64,000 nt of DNA from an uncultured Candidatus Micrarchaeota archaeon (lineage in GTDB: Archaea; Micrarchaeota; Micrarchaeia; Anstonellales; Bilamarchaeaceae), in contig OY970229.1 in the NCBI GenBank assembly GCA_963714085.1, positions 1,280,001-1,344,000 on the forward strand. Reading direction: 5' to 3'. Below, in pieces: positions 37,749 to 47,012 of this stretch. The notes below the pieces were generated by a model. The model was given only the letters and a program-made list of their open reading frames with translations, made no database searches and was not told the DNA's origin. Every line of letters starts with the position of its first letter. The first letter of the stretch is position 1. Made by a program: the position numbers and the translations under genes.

Positions 37749-40574
37749 GTGATAAAAGGCGCGAGAGAGCACAATCTCCGGAACGTGGACGTAGAGATAC
37801 CCAGAGGAAAGATAACAGTCGTAACCGGCCTTTCGGGCTCGGGAAAATCCACGCTCGCCTTCGACACTTTGTACGCCGAAGGCCAGAGACGCTACGTCGA
37901 ATCCCTCTCAGCCTACGCCCGCCAGTTCCTGGGCATAATGAACAAGCCGGACGTGGATTCCATAGAAGGGCTTTCTCCGGCGATATCCATAGACCAGAAG
38001 ACGACCTCCAGGAACCCGCGCTCCACTGTCGGAACGGTCACGGAGATCTACGACTACATGCGCCTGCTCTTCGCGAGGGTGGGCCAGCCGCACTGTCCCG
38101 TATGCAGGAAGCCGATATCAAGGCAGGGCCCGGACGAGATCCGCGCCAATCTCTTCTCAAACTCCGAAGGCAAGAAGGTGGAGTTCCTCGCTCCGATAGC
38201 AAGAGGCGAGAAGGGCAGGTTCGAGAAGGAGTTCGAGAGGCTCAGGAAGGCGGGCTTCTACAAGGTCTATGTGAACAACGAGCTCCTCGACATCAGTGCG
38301 AAGAACCCGAAGCTCGACAAGAACATAAAACAGACGATATCCGTGGTGATAGACAAGATAACCATCGAGACCGCATCCAAGGACCGCATCCATGAGGCAA
38401 TAGAATCCTCGCTGAAGGAAGGCAACGGGGTGATGATCGCAAGGTGCGGCAAACTCGAAACGCTGTATTCGAGGCACAACGCCTGCCCGGAGCACGGGAT
38501 CTCGCTGGGAGAGATACAGCCCAGGGATTTCTCGTTCAACTCCCCGTTCGGCGCCTGCCCGGAATGCCACGGCCTGGGGTTCAAGATGGAGTTCGACCCT
38601 GACCTGGTGATACCGGACCGCTCGCGCTCCATCCTGGAAGGCGCGATAACCTGCTACAAGGGCCTGATGGAGGGCGGCTGGAGGATGCACACTGTCCGCG
38701 AGGTGGCTTCGAACAACGGCATAGACCTCGAGATGCCGGTCTCGAAGATACCGAAAGAGAAGCTGGACATCATACTCTACGGCACGAAGGACAGGATGAA
38801 ATTCACGTACGAGGGCAGGAACTCGCGGTACGAGTACGAGGGCGATTTCGAAGGCGTCATCCCCCAGCTCGAGCGCCTCTTCCAGCAGACGAAATCCGAG
38901 CGCAGGAAGGAGGAGATAGCCAAGTTCATGCTCGAGAGCACCTGCCCCAAATGCAAGGGCATGCGCCTGAAAGACGAGATACTGGGGGTGCTCATCGGAG
39001 ATAAGAACATCATGGAGATATGCCGCCTCCCGATAGGGGATGCGAAGGGGTATCTGAGATCGCTCGCACTGGACGATAACCAGAAGAAAATATCAGCCCC
39101 GATACTCAAGGAGATCAACACGCGGCTGGAGTTCCTGGAGAACGTGGGGTTGAACTACCTGGACCTCGCGAGGGAGAGCTCCACGCTCTCAGGAGGGGAG
39201 TCGCAGCGCATCCGCCTGGCCACGCAGATAGGCTCAAACCTCACCGGGATAATCTACGTGCTGGACGAGCCGTCCATAGGCCTGCACCAGCGCGACAACT
39301 CCAAGCTCCTCGCGACGCTAAAACGCCTCCGCGACCTGGGCAACACGCTCGTCGTGGTCGAGCATGACGAGGAGACCATGCGCGAGGCCGACCATATAAT
39401 AGACATGGGCCCAGGCGCCGGACTCAAAGGCGGGTATGTCGTCGCCACGGGCAAGGTCCAGGACATAATGCGCAACGACGCTTCGATAACCGGCGACTAT
39501 CTCTCCGGCCGGCGGACGATCAGGACACCCGGGGAAAGGAGGCCTGCGGACGGCAAGCTCATCCTGAAAGGCGCGTCGGAGAACAACCTCAAGAACATAG
39601 ACGTCACGTTCCCGCTCGGGACGTTCATCTGCGTGACCGGGGTCTCAGGATCCGGCAAATCGTCTTTGATAGCGGAGACGTTATACCCAGCGCTCTCGAA
39701 CCTCCTCAACGGCTCCAAGCTGAGGGTCGGCAAGAGCAGGGAGATAGACGGCCCGTACCAGCTCGACAAGGTCATCACCGTCGACCAGTCGCCCATAGGC
39801 CGCACCCCGAGGTCGAACCCGGCCACGTACATCGGCGCGTTCACGCCAATAAGGGACCTGTTCTCCAGGACGGAAGAATCAAGGGCGCGCGGCTACGGGC
39901 CCGGGAGGTTCTCCTTCAACGTCCCGCAGGGCAGGTGCGAGAACTGCGAGGGCGACGGCCTCATAAAGATAGAGATGCACTTCCTGGCCGACGTCTACGT
40001 GCCGTGCGAGGTCTGCAAGGGGAAGCGCTACGACTCCCAGACGCTCGAGATAACGTACAAGGGCAAGAACATCGCGGACATACTGGACATGAGCGTGGAC
40101 GAGGCGCACGGGTTCTTCGCCAGCATACCCATGATCAGCCGCAAGCTCGAGACCATCAAGGACGTGGGGCTCGGATACATCAAGCTCGGCCAGCCCGCGA
40201 CCACGCTCTCAGGAGGGGAGGCCCAGCGCGTGAAGCTCGCGACAGAGCTCTCCAAGCGCTCCACCGGCAAGACCATGTACCTGCTGGACGAGCCGACCAC
40301 GGGATTGCATTTCGACGACGTGAACAGGCTCCTCGAGGTATTGCAGCGGCTGGTGGACCGGGGCAACACCGTGATAGTGATAGAGCACAACCTCGACGTG
40401 ATAAAGAGCGCGGACTGGATCATAGACCTGGGCCCTGAAGGCGGCGAGGCAGGGGGCAGGGTCGTCGCAGCAGGGACTCCTGAGGCAATCGCGCGCAGCC
40501 ACACGCACACCGGCGCATACCTGAAGAAGGCCCTGGCCGCCGGTAGAAAGAGATCCTCGGAAGTGGATCGATGA
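37749..40574 (+). CDS. uvrA: Excinuclease ABC subunit A
   Basis: [15 protein letters not shown], two ABC domains with Zn fingers; true start may be slightly upstream. Confidence 0.97.
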   Translation: MIKGAREHNLRNVDVEIPRGKITVVTGLSGSGKSTLAFDTLYAEGQRRYVESLSAYARQFLGIMNKPDVDSIEGLSPAISIDQKTTSRNPRSTVGTVTEIYDYMRLLFARVGQPHCPVCRKPISRQGPDEIRANLFSNSEGKKVEFLAPIARGEKGRFEKEFERLRKAGFYKVYVNNELLDISAKNPKLDKNIKQTISVVIDKITIETASKDRIHEAIESSLKEGNGVMIARCGKLETLYSRHNACPEHGISLGEIQPRDFSFNSPFGACPECHGLGFKMEFDPDLVIPDRSRSILEGAITCYKGLMEGGWRMHTVREVASNNGIDLEMPVSKIPKEKLDIILYGTKDRMKFTYEGRNSRYEYEGDFEGVIPQLERLFQQTKSERRKEEIAKFMLESTCPKCKGMRLKDEILGVLIGDKNIMEICRLPIGDAKGYLRSLALDDNQKKISAPILKEINTRLEFLENVGLNYLDLARESSTLSGGESQRIRLATQIGSNLTGIIYVLDEPSIGLHQRDNSKLLATLKRLRDLGNTLVVVEHDEETMREADHIIDMGPGAGLKGGYVVATGKVQDIMRNDASITGDYLSGRRTIRTPGERRPADGKLILKGASENNLKNIDVTFPLGTFICVTGVSGSGKSSLIAETLYPALSNLLNGSKLRVGKSREIDGPYQLDKVITVDQSPIGRTPRSNPATYIGAFTPIRDLFSRTEESRARGYGPGRFSFNVPQGRCENCEGDGLIKIEMHFLADVYVPCEVCKGKRYDSQTLEITYKGKNIADILDMSVDEAHGFFASIPMISRKLETIKDVGLGYIKLGQPATTLSGGEAQRVKLATELSKRSTGKTMYLLDEPTTGLHFDDVNRLLEVLQRLVDRGNTVIVIEHNLDVIKSADWIIDLGPEGGEAGGRVVAAGTPEAIARSHTHTGAYLKKALAAGRKRSSEVDR

Positions 40575-42130
40575 TATTCGAACGGGACAAATATCCTGAG
40601 GAGCCCGGCGTCTATCTCATGAAAGGCGATGATGGGGCCGTGATATACGTGGGCAAGGCCTCCTCGTTGCGTGACCGGCTCTCGCAGTATTTCCTCAAAG
40701 GTAGGGACGTGAAGACCAGCACGCTGGTGTCCCACATATCGGCGATAGATTTCGTGGTGACCAAGGACGCGAAAGAGGCGCTCATACTCGAATCCAATCT
40801 GATAAAGAGCTATCAGCCCAGGTACAACCTCTGCCTCAAGGACGCGAAGCATTTCTCGTACCTCGCGCTCACAGAAGAGCGTTTCCCAAGGCTGCTCCTC
40901 GCGAGGAAGAACACCGCCGGCGCCTTCCGCATCAAGGGGGCGAAGTTCTACGGCCCGTTCGTGGAGGGCTCGAAGAGGGCGATCTCCGCGAGGTACCTCA
41001 GGAAGCTCTTCAGGATACGGATCTGCGGCACGAAGATGCCCAAAAAGGAGTGCCTCCAGTTCCACCTCGGGAACTGCGACGCGCCGTGCGTGGGCAACGT
41101 TGGCGAGGCTGATTATGGAGCGAATGTCGCAGCGCTCCGTTCCGTGCTGGAAGGGAGATTGCAAGCGGGCGTGCTCATCGAATCCCTGCGCAAGCGCATG
41201 GCCGAGGCGTCTGCCGCGATGGACTACGAACGCGCGATGTCTCTGCGCGACCAGATGGAATCGCTGAAGATATTCCTCGACAGGCAAAGAGTGGAAAAGA
41301 AACGCGGTTATGACGAGGACTACCTCTGGCTGCAGAGGATAGGACCTAACCTGCACGTGCAGATACTCCGGAGCCGCCACGGAGTCATCGGAAAGGTGGA
41401 GAAGCATTCCATGGCCATAAAGGAGCAGGAGGAGCCTGAGCTATCCTTCTGCCTCCAATATTATACCGAGATCCCGGACAGGGTGTACTCGAACCTCTCG
41501 GAATCCCAGGACAAAGCGCTCAATCTCGCGCTGGGGACCGAGGCGTTCTCGCACCCTGGCAGGGAGAAAGCCAAAGTGCTGGACATCGCGGCGCGCTCGC
41601 TCGTCATGGGCGAGGTGGACCAATCCGTCCTGAGGCTGCGCGAGAGGCTGGGCCTGGAGAACAACCCGATAACCATAGAGACCTTCGACATATCCACGCT
41701 GTTCGGGGAGGAGTCCGTGGGCTCCATGGTGAGGTTCGTGAACGGCAGGCCGGACAAGGACGGCTACCGCAGGTTCAGGATCAAGACCGTGTCAGGGCAG
41801 GACGATTTCGCCATGATGAAGGAGGTCGTGCTAAGGAGGTACCAGCGCGTCATGAAGGAGGGCGGTCCTTTGCCGGACCTCGTGCTGCTCGACGGCGGCG
41901 CAGGGCAATTGCATGCTGCCATGGACGGGATGGACGAGGCGGGCGTGCGCATCCCAGCGGCAGCGATAGCCAAGAAAGAGGAGGAGATATACCTTCCTAA
42001 CAGGATGGAGACGCTGCGCATGGAGCGCTCGGACCAGGCGCTAAAGCTCCTCCAGCGCTGCAGGGACGAGGCGCACAGGTTCGCGGTGACCTATCAGCGG
42101 CTCAGGCGCGGGAAGAAGGCCAGGGAATGA
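40571..42130 (+). CDS. uvrC: Excinuclease ABC subunit C (lacks C-terminal HhH)
   Basis: PGVYLM..IYVGKA, UVR domain, FDIS, DGGAGQ, RDEAHRFA. Confidence 0.93.
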   Translation: MIFERDKYPEEPGVYLMKGDDGAVIYVGKASSLRDRLSQYFLKGRDVKTSTLVSHISAIDFVVTKDAKEALILESNLIKSYQPRYNLCLKDAKHFSYLALTEERFPRLLLARKNTAGAFRIKGAKFYGPFVEGSKRAISARYLRKLFRIRICGTKMPKKECLQFHLGNCDAPCVGNVGEADYGANVAALRSVLEGRLQAGVLIESLRKRMAEASAAMDYERAMSLRDQMESLKIFLDRQRVEKKRGYDEDYLWLQRIGPNLHVQILRSRHGVIGKVEKHSMAIKEQEEPELSFCLQYYTEIPDRVYSNLSESQDKALNLALGTEAFSHPGREKAKVLDIAARSLVMGEVDQSVLRLRERLGLENNPITIETFDISTLFGEESVGSMVRFVNGRPDKDGYRRFRIKTVSGQDDFAMMKEVVLRRYQRVMKEGGPLPDLVLLDGGAGQLHAAMDGMDEAGVRIPAAAIAKKEEEIYLPNRMETLRMERSDQALKLLQRCRDEAHRFAVTYQRLRRGKKARE

Positions 42131-42132
42131 TC

Positions 42133-42966
42133 CTACTCAAGGCCAGCAGACTCGTCGAAACCGCACATGATATTCATGTTCTGGACCGCCTGGCCCGCAG
42201 CCCCTTTCATGAGGTTGTCCAGCGCGGAGATGATCACAGCCTCCCTGCCCTTCTGCGTGACGGAGATATCGCAATAATTGGTGCCCAGAGATGCCTTGGT
42301 TCCGACATCATCCTTTATCCTCACGAAAGTCTCGTGCGAATAATGCGTTTCGAGCGCATAGTGCACGCTGAAGTCAGCTTTTAGGGTCAGGTTTATGGTA
42401 GAAACGATCCCCCTTTCCAGACATTCGGCTACGATGGGTGTGAATGCCATGCCGGTCAATCCAAGCTCATGCTCCATCTCTCCTATATGGTCATGCTCCC
42501 ATCCGACCTTATACGCCCTAAGGCCGCCGTCAACGATTGCGTTCCTACCAGCCCCGGATATGCCTGAAACGGAAACCACTTTGATGCCCTCCACCAATCC
42601 CTTTATCGGCAAAAGGCCGAGTATTATGCTGGTCGCATAGCACCCGGGGTTGGAGACGAGCTTCGCAGCCCTTATCCTGTCCCTGTTTTTCTCCGGCAGA
42701 CCGTAAACCGCGTTCCCGCTAAGCCGGAATGCCCTGCTGAAATCTATTATTCTCTTGTGTTCCCCCAGTAAACACGGGACTCTTTCTCGAGAGACGTCAT
42801 TCGGTGTGGCCAAGAACATGATTTCCGCATCCTTCAACTGTCCGTCGCTAACCTTGCTGGACGAGCAATAAATCAGATCGACCAATGGGTGTTTCTGCAG
42901 CAATTCCTTTGCAACCCCGCCGCTCATTCCGGTACTGCCAACCAATCCGACCCTGACTTTGTGCAT
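42133..42966 (-). CDS. argC: N-acetyl-gamma-glutamyl-phosphate reductase-like (ArgC/LysY family, short)
   Basis: GSTGMSG, YGLPE, NPGCYAT, SGISGAGR, HDHIGE, DNLMKGAAGQAVQNMN. Confidence 0.82.
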   Translation of the reverse strand: MHKVRVGLVGSTGMSGGVAKELLQKHPLVDLIYCSSSKVSDGQLKDAEIMFLATPNDVSRERVPCLLGEHKRIIDFSRAFRLSGNAVYGLPEKNRDRIRAAKLVSNPGCYATSIILGLLPIKGLVEGIKVVSVSGISGAGRNAIVDGGLRAYKVGWEHDHIGEMEHELGLTGMAFTPIVAECLERGIVSTINLTLKADFSVHYALETHYSHETFVRIKDDVGTKASLGTNYCDISVTQKGREAVIISALDNLMKGAAGQAVQNMNIMCGFDESAGLE

Positions 42967-43015
42967 AATGTATCATCGTTTTTAACATTTTTAAATTTTT
43001 GTAACCAATCTCCTC

Positions 43016-43088
43016 CTGCAGGGACGAGGCGCACAGGTTCGCTGTCTCTTACCAGCGGCTGCGGCGCGGGAAGAAGGCCAGGGAGTGA
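43016..43088 (+). pseudogene. Remnant duplicate of uvrC 3' end
   Basis: 65/73 nt identical to 42058-42130; encodes CRDEAHRFAVSYQRLRRGKKARE*. Confidence 0.92.
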
Positions 43089-43105
43089 GGCGCGGCCAGG
43101 GCGAT

Positions 43106-44098
43106 TCAAATCGGGAAATACAGGAACTTGTGCTCTTTGAGGACATAGAGCGTCTGGTAGCTTTTTATCAGGCCTTTGAACTTATCCAGGATGTCAGCTA
43201 TGATCTCGTGATAGTGCTCGTTGTCCCTGGCCTCCAGGTCAATCTCCATCTGCCAGGGGGCGAGGGTTTTCGCGTAGTCGATCACATAAGGATTCATGGC
43301 GATGAAGGCCGCGAGTTCCTTCTCTCTCCTCTCCCCGAGGGGGTTCACATAGAGAAGAGTTTTGTAAAGCTGCGTTCCGCCTTTCCTGTGGTCGAGCAAG
43401 AGGAAATATTTGGCGATCAGACCGCTTTTCTCGAACTTTTTTATCTTATAGGACACGGTCTCTGGCGAAAGGCCCGCCTTTTTCGCTATCCTGCTGATGG
43501 GCGCCCTCGCGTTCTCCGCGAGCATGGCTAGGATGCTCCTGTCGTTCTCGTCGAACACGAACGGCGTTTGCTTCACGTACGGCGCTTCCGTCCCGACCAT
43601 GTATTTCAGTTCGGGTGATTTCTTGTCGAGCCAGTAGCCCCGGTTGAAAAGCACGAGCCGGGTCACGATGACGAAATCATAGCTCGCTATGCGCTCCCTG
43701 TGCGGGGCGAGGATGTCGCTCACGGTCTTTTCGATTTCCATTTCGTTTTTGCCCACCAGCCCGACAAGAAGGTCGTAGGGGCCGTCGCTGCTCGCGACCC
43801 AGTGGGCCTTTTCATTTTTCGTTATCGTATCGATTATGCCTTTCTCGTCCGCCCTGTCGCTATTGAGAAAATTTATGTGAAGCCGGCAATACATGAAGCC
43901 CAGGGAGCTGAGATTCCCGATCATCCTGTAACCGCGCAAAAGCCCGGAAGATTCCATTTTGCCGATCCTGTACTTCACGGACTGCTTGCTCAGCCTCACC
44001 GCCCGGGCGATTTCTGAGTAGCTGTATCTCGAGTTGACATCCAGATTCCATAATATGGAGCGGTCGAACTTGTCCAGCTTGGCACGGGAGTCTTCCAT
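43106..44098 (-). CDS. Tandem Lrp/AsnC-family regulator
   Basis: Two HTH-AsnC units (LDKFDRSIL.. and FDENDRSIL..). Confidence 0.88.
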   Translation of the reverse strand: MEDSRAKLDKFDRSILWNLDVNSRYSYSEIARAVRLSKQSVKYRIGKMESSGLLRGYRMIGNLSSLGFMYCRLHINFLNSDRADEKGIIDTITKNEKAHWVASSDGPYDLLVGLVGKNEMEIEKTVSDILAPHRERIASYDFVIVTRLVLFNRGYWLDKKSPELKYMVGTEAPYVKQTPFVFDENDRSILAMLAENARAPISRIAKKAGLSPETVSYKIKKFEKSGLIAKYFLLLDHRKGGTQLYKTLLYVNPLGERREKELAAFIAMNPYVIDYAKTLAPWQMEIDLEARDNEHYHEIIADILDKFKGLIKSYQTLYVLKEHKFLYFPI

Positions 44099-44192
44099 AT
44101 GTTAACTTTATCCATATATAATTTAAAATATTTTTGTTTTGTTCCAAAATAATGAAATAACATTAATATATCACAAAGAACCAAATAATACC

Positions 44193-45143
44193 ATGAAGTT
44201 AAACGGAAGGCGGCCAACGGGCCCGATCGCCGGGCCTCGCTGGGATCCGTACGCGCTCCACGACTCCGGGCGTAACATCTACGAGAATGAAGCGTCCGGA
44301 ATAACGCACAAGTACCCCCATACGGTCCGTTTCGCGCTCACCGACAAGTGCAGCCATGGCTGCGACTACTGCTACGAAGCCGGGCGCGTCTTCGGGACGA
44401 AAAGAACGCCGGGCAATCCGCTGGAAAAAAGAGTCCATGACGTCGTCGAATACGCAAGAAGCCGCCAGCAGATCTACGACATGGTACTCAGCGGCGGAGA
44501 ACCGCTCATCCTCCCGAACGACGGGTTGGAATTCGTGCTCCGTAGCCTTGCGCAGATTCCGCATCTTAAGGACATCAGGTTTTGCACCTACTCGCTGATA
44601 AAAACTCCGGACAGGATAGACAACGGCTTCCTCGCGATGCTCGATCGCTTCAGCAGCAGGTTCTCGGTCCAGATGATGTTGCACGTCGTTCATCCGGACC
44701 AGCTCACGGAAACCACGAAAGACGCGATTCGAAAGCTGCTCCGGGCGGGTGCCAGATGCTTTTCGCAGGTCCCGCTGCTTAAAGGGAAGAACCTATTCGA
44801 TGATGCCGAAAAGTCGAGGCTGCTATTGAAGGAGCTGCTCCGCAAGCTCAATGACCAGAGGATAGCGCCATATTCCTTTGTCGTCAAGATGGCCGTGCCA
44901 GGGACCGAGGCGTATGCGATGCCGCTGGAGAGGATAGTCGAGATCTTCCGGCCGCTTTTGCAGCACGAACGGGATTCGATCGGCCTTGAGCTCACCTTCA
45001 AGCTGATGGTCGCAGCCCCTGAAACCAAGGTATTCCTGTACCCAGAGACCAGGTTCGAGTACGATGGGGAGCGCGGCGGATATGTCATCCATGCCGGAGA
45101 GAAAAAGATATTCTATCCTTACGAGGATCCCTCCACGTTATAG
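44193..45143 (+). CDS. KamA/EpmB-like radical SAM protein
   Basis: THKYP, CSHGCDYC, LSGGEPL, HVVHPDQL, QVPLLKG; divergent from the Lrp regulator. Confidence 0.78.
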   Translation: MKLNGRRPTGPIAGPRWDPYALHDSGRNIYENEASGITHKYPHTVRFALTDKCSHGCDYCYEAGRVFGTKRTPGNPLEKRVHDVVEYARSRQQIYDMVLSGGEPLILPNDGLEFVLRSLAQIPHLKDIRFCTYSLIKTPDRIDNGFLAMLDRFSSRFSVQMMLHVVHPDQLTETTKDAIRKLLRAGARCFSQVPLLKGKNLFDDAEKSRLLLKELLRKLNDQRIAPYSFVVKMAVPGTEAYAMPLERIVEIFRPLLQHERDSIGLELTFKLMVAAPETKVFLYPETRFEYDGERGGYVIHAGEKKIFYPYEDPSTL

Positions 45144-45166
45144 CATCCGGAAACCAGCGTCCGCGC

Positions 45167-45442
45167 CTACCAGATCCTTATCCCGCCGCTGAATATTATT
45201 ATGATGAGCAGATACAGCGGAGCGCAGCAGATCAGTCCCAGGTAGTCCCAAACATCCAGTCCGCGGGTGCAGACGTCCTTCAGGTAGCCGGTCGCGGTCC
45301 CGTCCGCGCAGCTGTAATGTATCACGGCGAGGGCGAGCACGATGCAGATCACCCACGTCAGGCCGCCTCCGATGTCAAACACGGTCTTGTGCTCGCTTAT
45401 GACCTTCCTGCCCTGCTGGTCGAACACATCCATGGTTGCCAT
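45167..45442 (-). CDS. Small two-TM membrane protein
   Basis: Two hydrophobic helices separated by a loop with a Cys pair. Confidence 0.6.
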   Translation of the reverse strand: MATMDVFDQQGRKVISEHKTVFDIGGGLTWVICIVLALAVIHYSCADGTATGYLKDVCTRGLDVWDYLGLICCAPLYLLIIIIFSGGIRIW

Positions 45443-45496
45443 CAACTCTGGAAATGAGCATCCGTCTTTTTATCGAGCCCTGCTCCAAAAGACGCG

Positions 45497-45649
45497 CTAA
45501 AGCGATTTCAGGAAGCCGTCTTTCCCGAGCTTGAACTTGTGCTCAGGGTTCTTCGGGCAGACGAACACGTCGTTTCTCTTGGCCAGCTGGTAGTTCATGC
45601 TTGAACTCATGCGGCACGTCGGGCATATCAGAGTATACTCGTTTGTCAT
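45497..45649 (-). CDS. 50-aa zinc-finger microprotein
   Basis: MTNEYTLICPTCRMSSSMNYQLAKRNDVFVCPKNPEHKFKLGKDGFLKSL*; GGAGGT RBS. Confidence 0.75.
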   Translation of the reverse strand: MTNEYTLICPTCRMSSSMNYQLAKRNDVFVCPKNPEHKFKLGKDGFLKSL

Positions 45650-45668
45650 GGGATTCTACCTCCGGAAA

Positions 45669-45727
45669 GTAGAAGCTATCAGCCCGCTGAGGGCGGTTTG
45701 GTTCGATGCCTGGTGAGCTTCATCGCC
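45669..45727 (-). promoter_or_regulatory. Fluoride (crcB) riboswitch
   Basis: GGCGATGAAGCTCACC...AAACCGCCC-TCAGC-GGGCTGATAGCTTCTAC matches the crcB layout, with GAAGCT/AGCTTC pseudoknot pairing. Confidence 0.8.
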
Positions 45728-45796
45728 ATGTCGCATTTACGGGTCAATTCTTAAAAAGCCTTTGATTCGGCTGCCGTACACGCGCCTCGACACGGG

Positions 45797-46960
45797 TCAT
45801 CTCCTCAATACTATCAGCGGGACGTACATCTCCTCGTCGCTAACGCCGCCATGGACGCCGACGGGATTCTTCATCTTCTCCCCGCAGACGAAATCGTCCA
45901 TCACGTAATTCCCCTTCATTATCAGGACGTAATCCCCGATCCTGCTGTTTAATTTTTCATTGGCGGAGAACAATCCGAAATAGCCTTTTTTGACGAGGCT
46001 TTCGGATCTATGCAAACTGCATTTGTTTTTGAACTCGGTTCTCACATATTTCTCGAATTGCCTGGCTTTGGAAGGGTGCACATAGCAATAGGCGGCACGG
46101 TGTTCGCCGGACAGGGGCATGGAGAGACACTCCTCCAATTTCGGGTGGTCCCTGAGGAATATCCTCTTCGACGGTTCGATATTGATCAGCCCATGGTCCG
46201 CTGTGATCACTATCGTTGTGCCCGGCTCCAGGGAGCGGTAAAGCGAGCGGAACCTCCTGTCCAGTTGTTTCAGGTGCCTCTCGACCCTTTTGTCGGATGT
46301 GCCGTATTTGTGGGCCAGGGAATCGATATCCGGCCAATAGGCATAGACGAATTTCCTCCCTTTCCTGGCAAGGGCCTTTTTCAGTTTATTGAAGAATCCC
46401 GTGAGATTCCGGTATCCGAGCCGTTTCGCCTTTCCGGAGTGGGCCACGCTATAAGCCGAATCCGCGATGCCTTCCCTCGTGACGATGTAAGATCTGGTTT
46501 TTATCCTCTCGAATATGGATTTTTGGTCGAAAATGACCTTTGGATTGATCTTCTGCCTGGTGAACGAGGCAGTCCTGTCAACACCCGCATAACGGGGAGT
46601 GAACGTGAGGATGGTCGATATCGTCCCCATCTCCTTCAGGTATACGAACCAGCCGGTGATCGCGTGCTGCTGCGGGGCGAGGCCGGTATTGAATGTGGTG
46701 ACGCAGGCCGCGGTGGTGGAAGGGAATACGGAGGTGATCCTTCCTTCCAATCTGTCGCTGAATATCGAGCCTTTGCCGTGTTTCCGCAAATACTCGTAGC
46801 CGAGGCCGTCCAGGACTACCAAGACGATGTTCTTGGAGCCTTTAAGCTCAGCCGGAGGAAGGAGCCTCAGAGGCGCATACTGCGACTTGGAGCCGTAGGA
46901 CTCCAACAGCGACGCCATCAGGTTGACGATGCTTCCGCCTTTGTAATCAGGAAGGACCAT
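45797..46960 (-). CDS. Alkaline phosphatase superfamily / nucleotide pyrophosphatase
   Basis: LDGLG, SVFPSTT, DSLAH, TADHG, GVHGG. Confidence 0.88.
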   Translation of the reverse strand: MVLPDYKGGSIVNLMASLLESYGSKSQYAPLRLLPPAELKGSKNIVLVVLDGLGYEYLRKHGKGSIFSDRLEGRITSVFPSTTAACVTTFNTGLAPQQHAITGWFVYLKEMGTISTILTFTPRYAGVDRTASFTRQKINPKVIFDQKSIFERIKTRSYIVTREGIADSAYSVAHSGKAKRLGYRNLTGFFNKLKKALARKGRKFVYAYWPDIDSLAHKYGTSDKRVERHLKQLDRRFRSLYRSLEPGTTIVITADHGLINIEPSKRIFLRDHPKLEECLSMPLSGEHRAAYCYVHPSKARQFEKYVRTEFKNKCSLHRSESLVKKGYFGLFSANEKLNSRIGDYVLIMKGNYVMDDFVCGEKMKNPVGVHGGVSDEEMYVPLIVLRR

Positions 46961-47012
46961 GGTTCCGATTATCCATTATTCATTATAAATGATTGTCACA
47001 TCAATACCCATC

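Noticed and set aside
45687..45698. AACCGCCCTCAG shared between the riboswitch (minus strand) and the element arm repeat
   Set aside because: Only 12 nt with unrelated flanks; no functional link evident, treated as chance.
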